The notes beneath the pieces were generated by a model. The model was not told the DNA's origin, did no database searches, and saw nothing but the letters and a program-made list of their open reading frames with translations. Source: Capsulimonadales bacterium (GTDB taxonomy: Bacteria > Armatimonadota > Armatimonadia > Armatimonadales > Armatimonadaceae). Taken from it: a stretch of DNA of 64,000 bases. This document shows positions 29,857 to 41,649 of the stretch, piece after piece (position 1 is the stretch's first letter; every line of letters begins with the position of its first letter). The position numbers and the translations under genes were made by a program. The stretch lies in assembly GCA_033762295.1 (NCBI GenBank), contig JANRLW010000043.1, positions 92,715-156,714 of the forward strand, in the 5' to 3' direction.

Positions 29857-29930
29857 ATCCTCGCGAGTATAAACCGACAAGTCCGTGCCGTCGCGGAGAA
29901 ATGCTCCGATCCATGCCTACGCACGAGGGG

Positions 29931-30128
29931 AACGAGGTTCCGGACACGTCGGTTCAGGAAGTGATTTCGACGACGGTGTTGACGTTCGGAGACGGCAGCC
30001 GGATCGAGACGACGTCGGAGCCTCCGTTCTTCGTGTCGGGGCTGGACTGGGTCCCGGCAGGTCGGTTAGCAATTGGGAACGCAATCGTCACGCGGGCCGG
30101 TCCGAAGGCGACCGAGCAAACGAGCACG
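29931..30128 (+). repeat. HINT repeat copy 6 (terminal, no toxin follows)
   Basis: EVPDTSVQEVISTTVLTFGDGSRIETTSEPPFFV...KATEQTST. Confidence 0.9.
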
Positions 30129-30145
30129 ATGGTGTGGCGTTGGCG

Positions 30146-30178
30146 ACCCTCCGGTATCCTGGGGAACCGGAGGGTTTT
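30146..30178. terminator. Hairpin between the array and the convergent malic enzyme gene
   Basis: accctccggt / accggagggt followed by ttt. Confidence 0.5.
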
Positions 30179-30193
30179 CCTTGGCGACGGCGA

Positions 30194-31486
<1,293 letters not shown>

Positions 31487-31598
31487 CGTTTTCCCTTTCT
31501 TCTCGGTGAAACAGGGCACTTCCGTCCTTTATTGTCTCCACCTCGAAACGGAAGAGAATCCGCGTTATGGGGGATTATTGGGGAAAACCGGAGCGGAA

Positions 31599-31638
31599 CG
31601 GAGCGTCCGATCCGCCGTATGCCGGATCGGACGCTCCG
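31599..31638. terminator. 16-bp perfect stem-loop just downstream of lpdA
   Basis: cggagcgtccgatccg / cggatcggacgctccg. Confidence 0.5.
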
Positions 31639-31649
31639 GGAAACGGGGA

Positions 31650-33119
31650 TTAGCCCTTGTCGATGGCGAGGCCGCGGACGTCCTCGTTGGCGAGACCGAC
31701 CGCTTCCGCCAGCGACGGGTGCGCATGGACGGTCTTCATCAGCTCCTCGACGGTGTTCTCCAGCTGGATCGAGACGACCGCTTCATGGATCAGGTCGGTC
31801 GCGTGCGGACCGATGATATGGACGCCGAGAATCTCGCCGTACTTGTTGTCGGCAACCACCTTGACGAAACCGTCGCGCTGGTTGATCGCCTGCGCCTTGC
31901 CGAGGGTGCGGAACGGCATGGTGCCGATTTTGACGTCGTAACCCCGGTCGCGCGCCTCCTGCTCGGTCAGACCGACCGCCGCCACCTCCGGTTCGGTGTA
32001 GATACAGGACGGAATCGCCTTGTAGTCCATGGTCGCCGGGTGACCGCAGATGTTTTCCGCCGCGACGATGCCCTCCTTGGTCGCGGTATGCGCCAGTCCG
32101 GACCCGGTGACGTCCCCGATCGCATAGATATTCGGGACGCTCGTCTGCATTTTATTATTGACGGCGATGGCGCGTTTGTTCCGCTCGGTGCCGATCTTCA
32201 CACCGACGGCTTCCAGGTTCAGGCCCTCGGTGAACGGGGTTCGCCCGGTGGCGACCAGAACGACGTCGGCGGTCACGGTCTCCTGCTTGCCATCCTTCTC
32301 ATAGGTGACGACCTTCTTGCCGTTCTCGCCGTCCGCAACCGAGACGACCTTCGCGTTCGTCTTGATCGCGATGCCGCTCTTTTTAAGGACTTTTTCCATC
32401 TCGGTGGAAAGGTCGAGGTCCATATTCGCGATCAGGCGGGGCAGGAACTCCAGGATCGTCACCTTCGAACCGAGTCCGTGGTAGGTGAACGCGAACTCAC
32501 AGCCGATGATGCCGCCACCGATACAGACCATTTCGCCCGGAATCTCTTTCGCCGAAACGGCTTCGTTGGACGTCCAGACCTTCCCGGTAGCGAGGGTGCC
32601 CGCCGCGAACCGCTGCTTGACTTCGCTGTTCGGCACCCAGACGTCGGCATCCTGAATGCCGGGGATCGGCAGACGGGTCGGCACGGAACCGGTGGCGATC
32701 ACGATGTTCTCGGCGGTGATTCGTTGCTTGCTGCCGTCGGCTCCGGTCACTTCGACGGTATGCGGGTCGACGACCGATCCGTACCCCTCGATATGGGTGA
32801 TCTTGTGCTTTTTGAAGAGGAAGCCGACGCCGCCGACCAGGGTCTTGACGACTTTCTCCTTGCGGGCCATCAGGGCGGGGAAATCGACGCCCACGTTTTC
32901 CGCTTTGAGGCCGAAATCTTTGGCGGACTTGATGGTATGGAGGGCATCGACCGACCCGATCATGGTCTTGGTCGGGATGCATCCCCAGTTCAGACAGGTT
33001 CCGCCGGGATTGTCCGCCTCGATGACGGTCGCTTTCTTGCCCAGTTGCGAGGCACGGATCGCGCAGGGGTAGCCGCCGGGTCCGCCGCCAATCACTATCA
33101 CATCGGTATCGTAAGCCAT
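31650..33119 (-). CDS. lpdA: Dihydrolipoyl dehydrogenase
   Basis: GGGPGGY, GGTCLNWGCIPTK, ATGS, GGGIIGCE, HAHPSLAE. Confidence 0.95.
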   Translation of the reverse strand: MAYDTDVIVIGGGPGGYPCAIRASQLGKKATVIEADNPGGTCLNWGCIPTKTMIGSVDALHTIKSAKDFGLKAENVGVDFPALMARKEKVVKTLVGGVGFLFKKHKITHIEGYGSVVDPHTVEVTGADGSKQRITAENIVIATGSVPTRLPIPGIQDADVWVPNSEVKQRFAAGTLATGKVWTSNEAVSAKEIPGEMVCIGGGIIGCEFAFTYHGLGSKVTILEFLPRLIANMDLDLSTEMEKVLKKSGIAIKTNAKVVSVADGENGKKVVTYEKDGKQETVTADVVLVATGRTPFTEGLNLEAVGVKIGTERNKRAIAVNNKMQTSVPNIYAIGDVTGSGLAHTATKEGIVAAENICGHPATMDYKAIPSCIYTEPEVAAVGLTEQEARDRGYDVKIGTMPFRTLGKAQAINQRDGFVKVVADNKYGEILGVHIIGPHATDLIHEAVVSIQLENTVEELMKTVHAHPSLAEAVGLANEDVRGLAIDKG

Positions 33120-33227
33120 GATAACTCCTTGGGACAAAGGAACGGGGCGCATTTCACGCGCCCCGAACGGTTCCTATATAAAGTATAGCACAGTTACGGT
33201 CCCGCCGTTCCCGAAGGAAACGGAGAC

Positions 33228-33257
33228 AAAAAAAGCCGCCGGGATGGCTCCCGGCGG
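33228..33257 (-). terminator. Rho-independent terminator
   Basis: ccgccggga / tcccggcgg stem with A7 on the + strand (U-tract on - strand), downstream of the gene ending at 33309. Confidence 0.75.
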
Positions 33258-33308
33258 GTAAGTTCCCCTGTGCGGAGAACGAAGCTTTTCTTCGAGACAC
33301 GAACGACC

Positions 33309-34070
33309 TCAGTAGGGGATGGTGTCCCAGGCGGCGGCATTCACATTGTTGAATTTTATATGCCCGTCGACATAAATGATGTTCGCCCCACGCCGGAAAG
33401 GACGGTTCTCGTCGCTCATCATGAACGAACGGGTGCCGGCGAAGTAAGAGGTCATCTCGCCGTTATGGACCCCCGGCCAGGCGTCCGCGAACGCCCAGTT
33501 TCGCACCGGATCGGTCACATCCGCCAGGCGCGCCCCGATCACCGGCGATGTCCTTTTGCCAACCTCCGCCTGCCGGGAAAGGGCGATGCTGCCTTCCGGC
33601 TGGGTCATCGGTTTGCCGCTGTTGTCCCCGAAATAGACGCGCTTGATGATGTTGTTGCCGTTGCCCAGAGGATTGCCGTTGAACTGGTAGGAGAGGCCGA
33701 ACGGCTGGCCGGTCGTGCGAACGAGCATGTTCGCCAGTTCCGTATCGGATGGGCAGACAAAGATTCCCTGGTTCTTCGTATACGGGGCGAGAAGATCGCG
33801 GGACGAGGGGCCGAAATACCAGTTCGGCGGAAACGCGGCGGGACCGATCCACTGGGCGTTCGGGAACGTTTCATCGTAGTCCTGAGAGTACATCAGGAGC
33901 GCCATCCCCATCTGCCGAAGGTTGGACGCACAGGACGTCTGTCGCGCTTTCTCCCGTGACTGGGAGAAGACGGGGACCAGGATCGAGGCAAGTATGGCGA
34001 CAATAGCGATGACGACGAGTAGTTCGATCAGGGTGAAACCGTTGTGAACGTGTTGGCGAATCGAGCGCAT
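33309..34070 (-). CDS. DUF1559 / prepilin-type N-terminal cleavage-methylation protein with H-X9-DG C-terminus
   Basis: [43 protein letters not shown]. Confidence 0.9.
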   Translation of the reverse strand: MRSIRQHVHNGFTLIELLVVIAIVAILASILVPVFSQSREKARQTSCASNLRQMGMALLMYSQDYDETFPNAQWIGPAAFPPNWYFGPSSRDLLAPYTKNQGIFVCPSDTELANMLVRTTGQPFGLSYQFNGNPLGNGNNIIKRVYFGDNSGKPMTQPEGSIALSRQAEVGKRTSPVIGARLADVTDPVRNWAFADAWPGVHNGEMTSYFAGTRSFMMSDENRPFRRGANIIYVDGHIKFNNVNAAAWDTIPY

Positions 34071-34180
34071 TCGGGAGTTCCTTTCGTTGGTTCCGGTGTT
34101 TTGAGAGTATCGGGAACGGCCGGGGGGCGGAATCCTCTTTGTGACGGATTTCACCAATTCGGTGCTACAATACGCTACCG

Positions 34181-35680
34181 ATGGGGCGGGAGGTGCCTGT
34201 GGTCCGTCAAGGTTTTGATTACGATCTGGTGATTCTCGGCGGCGGCAGCGCCGGGATCGTCGCCGGGAATGTCGCCGGGGCGCTCGGGGCGCGTGTCGCC
34301 CTGGTAGAAAAGACGCGGATCGGGGGCGAATGCCTCTGGACCGGTTGCGTGCCGTCGAAAGCCCTTCTGCATATCGCCGAGATGGCAAAGGCCATGCGAA
34401 CCGCCCGGACCCTTGGCCTGAAGAACGTTCGGCTGACAAGGGACGATTGCGCCGGGGCGTTCGCCGCCGTACGGGACCGCATCGAGACGACCCGCATCAA
34501 TGACGCGACCGAGACGATGCTGCGCGATTTCGGAGTGGAGATACGGATCGGGGCGGGAGAGTTCGTCCGTCCGCACCTCTTCCGTACGCCGACCGGCGAC
34601 CTGAAATCGGCCCGGTTCCTGATCGCCACCGGCTCGTCCCCGGCAATTCCGAATATACCGGGGCTGAACGACGTCGGTTTTCTCACCAATCAGACCGTGT
34701 TCTCCCTGACCTCCGTCCCCGAATCGGTCCTGATTCTGGGCGGCGGCTATATCGCCTGCGAACTGGGGCAGGCGCTCGTCCGCCTCGGCGCGAAAGTGAC
34801 GATTGTCGAGCGCAACGAACGGCTGCTCAAACGGGAGGATAGCGAAGCGGTCGACCTGCTGACCGAAACCCTGAAGGCCGAAGGAATCACCGTTCTGACC
34901 GGGACGACGGTCGAACGGTTCTCCGCCGGGGAGGGCGACAGGAAAATAGCCGATCTGGTGGCCCCGGACGATCGCCGGTTCCGTGGCTCCTTCTCCGAGA
35001 TCCTTGTCGCGGTCGGACGACAGGGCAATACCGAAGGGCTGGGATTGGAGCGGGTCGGGGTGACGACGGATGAGAAGGGCTACGTCCGCGTCAACGCCGC
35101 CGGACGGACGGAAAACCCGTCGATCTGGGCTGGCGGAGATGTCACCGGCCGGAATCAGTTCTCCCACATGGCGGAGGAGGAGGCAAAAGCGCTGGTCCGA
35201 AACATTCTCTTTCCCGGCGCACAGACCCTCCCGGCGGACCTCGTTCCCTACGCCATCTTTACCGATCCCGAACTGGCGCAGGTCGGCAAAACCGAAGCGG
35301 AAGCCATCGCCGATTTCGGCGAGAAACGGGTGAAGGTCCTCCGACATTCCTTCCGACAGGATGACCGGGCCATCGTCGAGGACCGTACCACCGGAATGGT
35401 GAAGGTCATCACGGTCGGGCCGACCGGAAAGATCGTCGGCGCGACGATTCTGGGACCGCGCGCCGGAGAACTGATTCAGGAATGGGTGCTGGCGATCCGG
35501 CACGGATTGACCGCCGCACAGATCGCCGGAACGGTGCATGTTTACCCGGCGCTCACCGTGAGCAACCAGCGAGCCGCCCAGAAATGGTTTACGGACCTGA
35601 CGGAACACCCGGCGGTTCGCGGCGTTCTGGGGAGCGTGTTCGGCTACGCCCCCCGCGACGGCAAAAGCTTGCACGGCTGA
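34181..35680 (+). CDS. FAD-dependent pyridine nucleotide-disulfide oxidoreductase (MerA/Lpd-like family)
   Basis: [33 protein letters not shown]; lacks the C-terminal CC pair. Confidence 0.88.
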   Translation: MGREVPVVRQGFDYDLVILGGGSAGIVAGNVAGALGARVALVEKTRIGGECLWTGCVPSKALLHIAEMAKAMRTARTLGLKNVRLTRDDCAGAFAAVRDRIETTRINDATETMLRDFGVEIRIGAGEFVRPHLFRTPTGDLKSARFLIATGSSPAIPNIPGLNDVGFLTNQTVFSLTSVPESVLILGGGYIACELGQALVRLGAKVTIVERNERLLKREDSEAVDLLTETLKAEGITVLTGTTVERFSAGEGDRKIADLVAPDDRRFRGSFSEILVAVGRQGNTEGLGLERVGVTTDEKGYVRVNAAGRTENPSIWAGGDVTGRNQFSHMAEEEAKALVRNILFPGAQTLPADLVPYAIFTDPELAQVGKTEAEAIADFGEKRVKVLRHSFRQDDRAIVEDRTTGMVKVITVGPTGKIVGATILGPRAGELIQEWVLAIRHGLTAAQIAGTVHVYPALTVSNQRAAQKWFTDLTEHPAVRGVLGSVFGYAPRDGKSLHG

Positions 35681-35706
35681 TACCGGGTGGCACGGGCGAC
35701 ACCGGG

Positions 35707-36621
35707 TCAGCGCGGCGGATTCTCCAGCGGATAGCGGACGGTATGGTCGGGATACTGGTCGAGACGCGCCCGGCCCCAGCGTAGCCACTTGACATGCCCG
35801 TCCGCATAGATATAGTTCGCGCCGCCGTTGTGGCGATCGTAGCGAATCCAGCCCTGGTCGCCGTACTTGCCGGAACTCCATCGGACGAGCGCCTGTTCGC
35901 CTGCCCAGGTGTCGTAATCGTCCTGACCGACCGAACCGTACTCCTCGTTGTCGGCCCGGTTCATCGCCTCGGAGTTGCGCTCCGAGAACATGATCAGGTT
36001 CGGATCGTTGAGCGAGGCCACCAGGCTGTCGGTGGCAAATCCGGGCAGGATGCCCTCGGTTCCGTAGCGGCAGGATTTGTGCGACCAGATGGAGTTCAGA
36101 AGATAACTGGTGATGGTCCGGTAGCCGGCTTCGGCAAGGGCGAGTTCGGTTCCTTCGGGTGCTTCCTCCTCGGTGCTGGTGATCTCGCCGTTGTAATCCT
36201 GCAGGCTGGTCGCCTGTCGCTCGGAACGGGGAGTCGGATCGGACGGGCAGAAGCCGATCGCGCGGTTCTTCATGTACGGCTGGAAGAAAATGATCCAGGG
36301 CTTTTCGGCATGGCTGTTCCCGTAACCGCCGGTACGACAGCCGTCCGGAGACGACGGAAGCTGATCGACCTGGGTTCCGTCGTCCAGTACCCATCCCTCA
36401 TGATGATGGAACAGTCCGCCGTCGTAGTCCTCCATATACAGGCGGGCGGCGGTCCCGATCTGCCGCATATTCGACAGGCAGGCGGTCTGGCGGGCCTTTT
36501 CCCGCGCCTGGGCGAAGACCGGGAACAGGATCGCCGCCAGGATGGCAATGATGGCGATTACCACGAGAAGTTCGATCAGCGTGAAAGCGGAGGTTTCACG
36601 CGGGGTAATGGTGCGTTGCAT
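35707..36621 (-). CDS. DUF1559 / prepilin-type protein with H-X9-DG C-terminus
   Basis: [49 protein letters not shown]. Confidence 0.9.
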   Translation of the reverse strand: MQRTITPRETSAFTLIELLVVIAIIAILAAILFPVFAQAREKARQTACLSNMRQIGTAARLYMEDYDGGLFHHHEGWVLDDGTQVDQLPSSPDGCRTGGYGNSHAEKPWIIFFQPYMKNRAIGFCPSDPTPRSERQATSLQDYNGEITSTEEEAPEGTELALAEAGYRTITSYLLNSIWSHKSCRYGTEGILPGFATDSLVASLNDPNLIMFSERNSEAMNRADNEEYGSVGQDDYDTWAGEQALVRWSSGKYGDQGWIRYDRHNGGANYIYADGHVKWLRWGRARLDQYPDHTVRYPLENPPR

Positions 36622-36633
36622 AGGGTAGCCTTT

Positions 36634-37749
36634 CTATTCACCGAAAATACGCTGGACAAACCAGACCGCGCCGAAGAAGATGACGGCCAGCGATCCGAAT
36701 TGAATGACCGGACGAACCAAAGACGGACGATAACGAGCGATCAACATCAACAACGGGGCGACCAGGAGAACGATACACGCCTGACCGACCTCAACACCGA
36801 TATTAAAGGCAAAGAGCGACCAGCCGAGAGCGTAGCGCGGGAGTTCGGATTCGCTTAACGCTCCGGCGAAACCGAACCCGTGGATCAGACCGAAGGCGAA
36901 CGCCAGCGGCAACCGAAGGTCCCGCCCTTCCTCCTTCTTCAGCAGAGTGAAGATGCCGACGAAGATGATACTCAGGGCGATGGTCGGCTCGACGACGCGG
37001 CCCGGCAGGTTCACGATCTCCAGAACGGCGAGCGCCAGGGTGATACTGTGGGCGACGGTAAACGCGGTAACCACCTTAAGAAGCGTTTTCAGGTTTCCGC
37101 CGGCCAGCAGGAGTCCGATGACGAACAGGATATGGTCCGGCCCGATGAAGATATGGTGAATGCCGCTGCGAACGAACTCGCGGATCACCTCCGGTATGGT
37201 CTGTTTCCCGCCGACCTTATGCGTCACCGCCGGCTCACTGCGCGAAAGAATCGTTTCCCGTTCCAGCGTTTCGCCCCGATAGAAACTGACCATCATCCGG
37301 TGCCCGGACGCCGTCGGAAACAGGTTGCCGCTCAGCGTCAGAGTCTCCGGAGGCGGCAACGCCTCCCCGCGTTCGCTGCGCCACGGGCAGGAAAGCGTCA
37401 TCTCGACCTTCGGTCCGTCCGCCGAGAGTTCCGTCCGTTCGACCGTGACCGTTTGCGATCCCCGGTCGGTCCGAACCCGTAAACGCTCGGTCACCAGACG
37501 TTCGATTTCGGCCCGGTGGCGTGCGATGGCGTCGGCATCAGGCGATGCGGTCGACCCCGGTCCGCCGAGACCCGCGATATCGTGCCGCAGTCCGGACCAG
37601 GGGATATACATCGTCACGACCGCCTCGTTCCGACCGACCACGACGCGGATATAGGTCATCGGGACCTCATGCGCGAAGGCGCGGCCGGCCGACACAAACA
37701 GGAGTGCGAAGATCAGCAGGAGATACCGGAAGGCGGTGCGCGTTTTCAT
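36634..37749 (-). CDS. HupE/UreJ family membrane protein with N-terminal soluble domain
   Basis: AFAHE signal end; HHIFIGPDHILF, FTVAHSITL, FGLIHGFGFA, FNIGVEVGQ. Confidence 0.88.
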   Translation of the reverse strand: MKTRTAFRYLLLIFALLFVSAGRAFAHEVPMTYIRVVVGRNEAVVTMYIPWSGLRHDIAGLGGPGSTASPDADAIARHRAEIERLVTERLRVRTDRGSQTVTVERTELSADGPKVEMTLSCPWRSERGEALPPPETLTLSGNLFPTASGHRMMVSFYRGETLERETILSRSEPAVTHKVGGKQTIPEVIREFVRSGIHHIFIGPDHILFVIGLLLAGGNLKTLLKVVTAFTVAHSITLALAVLEIVNLPGRVVEPTIALSIIFVGIFTLLKKEEGRDLRLPLAFAFGLIHGFGFAGALSESELPRYALGWSLFAFNIGVEVGQACIVLLVAPLLMLIARYRPSLVRPVIQFGSLAVIFFGAVWFVQRIFGE

Positions 37750-39224
37750 CGCGTCACCTTTCCCGAAACCGGGTCCGCATTCCTCCGCCGGGAGTCTGCC
37801 TGTCGCGAATCGCCGGACGGCGGACGGCCTCCCATCTCCTTCAGGGTTTCGGCGGCCTGTTTCGCCTGAAGTATCTGAAAGTGCGGGTTGCGGGAAAGGG
37901 CGTGGTTCAGGTAGCCGCTCGCCTTTCGCCGCTCGCCGAGTCGGGCATAGATCATTCCCGCCCGAAAATACCGCGCCGGGGAAGACGGCCCCTTCTTCAG
38001 AGCGGAGTCGATCAGGGCCTTCGCTTCGGGTAGACGCCCGGATTTGAAGTGGACCCAGGCGGCGATCTCCTGCTCTGTCGGGCTTTTCGGGGGGCGTTCG
38101 CCGATGATGCGGGTCGCCTGGTCGAGTTGACGGTCGTGGTCGGCGTAGAACGCGGCCATGGGATACGGATCGTGGTCCCCGTGCTGCTGGTGATGCGCGT
38201 TCGCGGTTTCGACCTGCCGGAAGGTTTCCTCCGCCTGCGCCGTCCGACCCTGCGCCAGATACAGGTCGCCGAGGGCGACCAGGGCGGCGTGCTGGGGCGA
38301 GGCCGCGATGGCTTTGCGGTAGGCGGCTTCCGCGCCCCGAAGGTCGCCGCGCGACTGGCGGAGTCGCCCGAGGACGTTCAGCACCTGGTAGTTATCGGGA
38401 GCCTGTTTGACCGCCTCCTTCAGAACCACCTCGGCCGGAACGAGCATGCCGGTCTGCCAGAGCATATCGGCCAGCTGGGCGCGGCACCACGCGCCGTTCT
38501 CGGTATACGGGCCACCTGCCTTGATCGCCAGACTCATCAGGCGCATCGCCTGGGTCGTATTCCCGGTGAGAAACAGCAGGTGAGCGCCACGGCTGTAGGA
38601 GGACGCATCCGGGCGGATATCGAGCATCTTCTGGTAGCTTTCGAACGCCGCGTCGTAATCTCCCATCTCGACCTGAGCGTCGCCGATCAAACCGTAGGGA
38701 GCCGGGCGATTCGGGTCCAGCGCGATCGCCTGGCGCGCGAGTTCGATGCTTTTGTCGAACTGATGCCGGCTTCCGGCGACCCAGGCCATGCCGACGGTGG
38801 CGTCGATATTTTGCGGTTCGTTCTTCAGCGCGATCGCATAGGCCGCGTGAGCGAAATCGTAGCAATGCGGGTCCGACTTCTCCCGCGATTGCTGCATTAA
38901 CGCGTCGCCCAGGTTGACCCAGTGAACGGCGGCCTTCGGTGCGTTTCCGGCTTCGGTTCGCCAGCGGATCACCTCGCGGGCGGACGCGGTTTTCGTTCCC
39001 GGGTCCGGAATCGCTTTGAGAAGGGTCTCCGGTGAAAGCCCGAGCAGCGTTTCCAGGGTCATCATGCCGTCCGGGGCAACGACGGGGGTACGGGTCGGGT
39101 TCGGCGCGGTCGGCTTTCTGGCCGCGCTGCGAACGCTCACCAGTCCGACAACGGCAGCGGCGGCCAGGACGGCAGTGATCGCGACACCGGCATTCAGAGG
39201 GGCGGGGGATTTCGGAGCGTTCAT
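37746..39224 (-). CDS. Membrane-anchored tetratricopeptide repeat protein
   Basis: N-terminal hydrophobic segment and multiple TPRs; 4-bp overlap with the next gene. Confidence 0.85.
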   Translation of the reverse strand: MNAPKSPAPLNAGVAITAVLAAAAVVGLVSVRSAARKPTAPNPTRTPVVAPDGMMTLETLLGLSPETLLKAIPDPGTKTASAREVIRWRTEAGNAPKAAVHWVNLGDALMQQSREKSDPHCYDFAHAAYAIALKNEPQNIDATVGMAWVAGSRHQFDKSIELARQAIALDPNRPAPYGLIGDAQVEMGDYDAAFESYQKMLDIRPDASSYSRGAHLLFLTGNTTQAMRLMSLAIKAGGPYTENGAWCRAQLADMLWQTGMLVPAEVVLKEAVKQAPDNYQVLNVLGRLRQSRGDLRGAEAAYRKAIAASPQHAALVALGDLYLAQGRTAQAEETFRQVETANAHHQQHGDHDPYPMAAFYADHDRQLDQATRIIGERPPKSPTEQEIAAWVHFKSGRLPEAKALIDSALKKGPSSPARYFRAGMIYARLGERRKASGYLNHALSRNPHFQILQAKQAAETLKEMGGRPPSGDSRQADSRRRNADPVSGKVTR

Positions 39225-39263
39225 CCGTGGTTCCTTTTCCGTGTTTCTTTTCCGTGCTTTTTT

Positions 39264-39305
39264 ATCCGGAGACCCGACGGACCAGGGGCCGTCGGGTCTC
39301 CGGAT
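39264..39305. other. 17-bp intercistronic stem-loop
   Basis: atccggagacccgacgg / ccgtcgggtctccggat between the DUF4331 and TPR genes; no U-tract in the sense direction. Confidence 0.6.
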
Positions 39306-39323
39306 TGTCGCAAGGACGGTGGT

Positions 39324-40877
39324 CTAGAGGGAGTCTTTCCGGTTGGACGCGCCGGCATGCGGCGTCGCCGAATAGGGGAAGACCTGATGATAGGGCAGGT
39401 CGTTCATGTCGGCGTTGTCACCGACGATAATCGGGCTGGCGTAGGTCGGGCCGGAAGCGACGGCGGTGAGAGCGATATCGACGACATCATCTCCCAGGCG
39501 TCGTCCGTTCGGCCATCCGCCGGAGCGTACCTGGCCGCCCGGTTCGGACACCGTATCGCCCCCGAGGAAGCCGAAGCGACTGAAGCCCGCCGTGCCGGGA
39601 AGCCGGACGGGGTCGGTCTGGGTACTGACACGCAGGACGTCCGGGATATAGACCGCCCGCAGGTCGGTTCGTCCGGAGATCGCGAGCGGCGTCGTTCCAT
39701 CGGTGCCGAACAGCAGGGCGTTGATGCCGACCGCGACCTCCGGGTTCAGAGCGTACGTTTCAAAACCGTTAGCCACATCGTCTCGGGGCTGCGTCCGGTT
39801 GAACCGATCCTTGTCCCGCAGCGCGACCAGAACTTCGTTGAACAGCGGGTTGCCGAGTCGGTTGACCTGGACCCAGGCGCCGGTGCTGACCGGTGCGCCG
39901 ATCTCCGAACGCAGGGTGATTCTCGGGCGAGAGACCGTAGCGAAAACGCCGACGCCACGGGTCGCTTCCGCGCTGGTGCCGAACGCACCGGCGAAGACCG
40001 GGGTGTAGGAGATGGCGGGCAGGTCCGAAATCGGAATCTGGATCGCATAGACGAGGACATTGAATCCCTTGAAACCGTCCACGCCACCGCCCCGCTGACC
40101 GAGGGTCGGCAGTCCGCCCAGGTTGCCGAACGCAAAACCGTTCGTCCGGTCGGTGTCGTTATCGACAATACGGGAATCCAGCAGGTCGAAGATTCCGGGT
40201 GTGTCCGCGAAGAAGCCGTCGTCGCGCGGTCCGGCGAAAACGACTTCCCCGGTCGGAAGTTCGTGGACCGCGTTGCGGGTGTAGACGTCCAGTCCGGCCT
40301 CGGTCGCCGCGCCGGAGACGGCGAATCCGTCGGTATCGTTGTATTCCGGGGTGGTGTTGCGACCGACGTTCGGCGGCGGGGTCAGCAGGTCCGAGCCCAG
40401 GGTGCTCGTGCGAAACCCGCTCGTGCGGAACACGGAGTAGACCTGCGTATAGTTACGTCGCTGCGACACATTATCGAGGATCGGGCCGATCTCGTTCGCG
40501 CGACCGTAGGAGAAGATCGTATCCCGGTTCTTCAGGTCCTCGCTCGGGCCGGAGAATCGGAAGTCGTACCGGCGAAGTTCCTGCCCGGTGTTCGGGTTCG
40601 CGATATGGATGCTATAGCGAGCATCGTCGCTGAACTTGTCGTAAATCACGCCGTCGCCGGGTTCGCAGAACGGACGCACCGCGATGACGACGTTCAGCAC
40701 CCGGATGTTCGGATTGTTGTACTTGGTGCCGACGAACGAATAGACGTCGGTCAGGTTGGCCTGCGGGTCAAGTTTGATCAGCGGGGCGTCGCTGTGCGAG
40801 GACGCCAGCGCGGTTCCGGTCAGGGAAACCGCGACCGTGATGCCGCTGAGAAGTCGGGCTACACGTCCGAAATACAT
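39324..40877 (-). CDS. Secreted DUF4331 family protein
   Basis: ASSHSDAP, TDVYSF, FAGPRDDGFF, QVNRLGNPLFNE, GWPNGRRLGDDVVD, FPY. Confidence 0.88.
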   Translation of the reverse strand: MYFGRVARLLSGITVAVSLTGTALASSHSDAPLIKLDPQANLTDVYSFVGTKYNNPNIRVLNVVIAVRPFCEPGDGVIYDKFSDDARYSIHIANPNTGQELRRYDFRFSGPSEDLKNRDTIFSYGRANEIGPILDNVSQRRNYTQVYSVFRTSGFRTSTLGSDLLTPPPNVGRNTTPEYNDTDGFAVSGAATEAGLDVYTRNAVHELPTGEVVFAGPRDDGFFADTPGIFDLLDSRIVDNDTDRTNGFAFGNLGGLPTLGQRGGGVDGFKGFNVLVYAIQIPISDLPAISYTPVFAGAFGTSAEATRGVGVFATVSRPRITLRSEIGAPVSTGAWVQVNRLGNPLFNEVLVALRDKDRFNRTQPRDDVANGFETYALNPEVAVGINALLFGTDGTTPLAISGRTDLRAVYIPDVLRVSTQTDPVRLPGTAGFSRFGFLGGDTVSEPGGQVRSGGWPNGRRLGDDVVDIALTAVASGPTYASPIIVGDNADMNDLPYHQVFPYSATPHAGASNRKDSL

Positions 40878-40926
40878 ACGCAGAGATCCTTTCGGGAGTT
40901 GAATGGCGATGACGGCAAATCGTCGG

Positions 40927-41493
40927 TTACGCTCGTCTTCGGCGGACGTAACCTGCCAGGGTCAGACAGGAAGCGAGAAACAGCGCCGACGCCGGTTCCG
41001 GCGCGGCCGAGAGGCTGACCGATCCGCTGAAGGCGGTGAACGTGCCGTCGTTGAAAAAGCCTTCGAACTGCATGTTTTCCAGGAGAGTGTCGCTGGTGAA
41101 GGCGAACGTTCCGACGGTGGAAAAGGGGCCGAAAGCGGTTCCCGCGTCGAGATCGGTCAGAAAGTCGAGATAGCCGTCGGGGACCCCGTTGTCATCTCCG
41201 TCCGCGACGCTGTAATTGAGGAGAAAGCCGCCGGGGGCGGTCGGGTTGTTGACCGCGAACGTCGTATCGGGGAGGCGGGCGGAGATGAGAGCGATTTCCG
41301 TCGGCGTGTTATTGATCACCCGGAAATCGTAAGTGTAGACGTTATTGAAAACGGCGTAGGTCGCGATGACGTCTACCTGAGCGTTCGCCGGAGCGGAGGC
41401 GCCCGCCACCATCGTCAGCGCGATTCCGGCGACGAACGACAGGCAACGCGCGAGAGATGCGACGGACCGTCCCGAACGGGGGCGGTGGGGCAT
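40927..41493 (-). CDS. PEP-CTERM sorting domain protein
   Basis: Signal peptide; C-terminal APEP + hydrophobic helix + RRRR. Confidence 0.82.
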   Translation of the reverse strand: MPHRPRSGRSVASLARCLSFVAGIALTMVAGASAPANAQVDVIATYAVFNNVYTYDFRVINNTPTEIALISARLPDTTFAVNNPTAPGGFLLNYSVADGDDNGVPDGYLDFLTDLDAGTAFGPFSTVGTFAFTSDTLLENMQFEGFFNDGTFTAFSGSVSLSAAPEPASALFLASCLTLAGYVRRRRA

Positions 41494-41649
41494 AGCTGGA
41501 ACCATCCTTTCAGCAGGGATTCGGCGACGTGGACAGTCCTCCGTCCGCATTGCCGTTCCGTGGAGGCGGGCAACGCGCGGAAGCGCATCGTCCTCCTCCC
41601 TCCAATACATCGTCGGGGGCGGGGAAAAAGGTTGGTTCGGGCGGATCGA

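Larger units (their letters stand above)
21551..30128 (+). other. Orphan polymorphic toxin/immunity cassette array punctuated by pre-toxin HINT repeats
   Basis: Six near-identical HINT-coding segments, mostly followed by different AT-richer toxin tips and/or small immunity-like ORFs, all on the + strand. Confidence 0.9.

Noticed and set aside
22546..30128. Repeats as a CRISPR array or integron attC sites
   Set aside because: They are 170-330 bp, variable in extent, protein-coding (HINT) and not obviously palindromic. No cas or integrase gene is nearby.
34181..35680. Mercuric reductase merA
   Set aside because: No N-terminal HMA domain, no C-terminal Cys-Cys pair, and no mer operon context.
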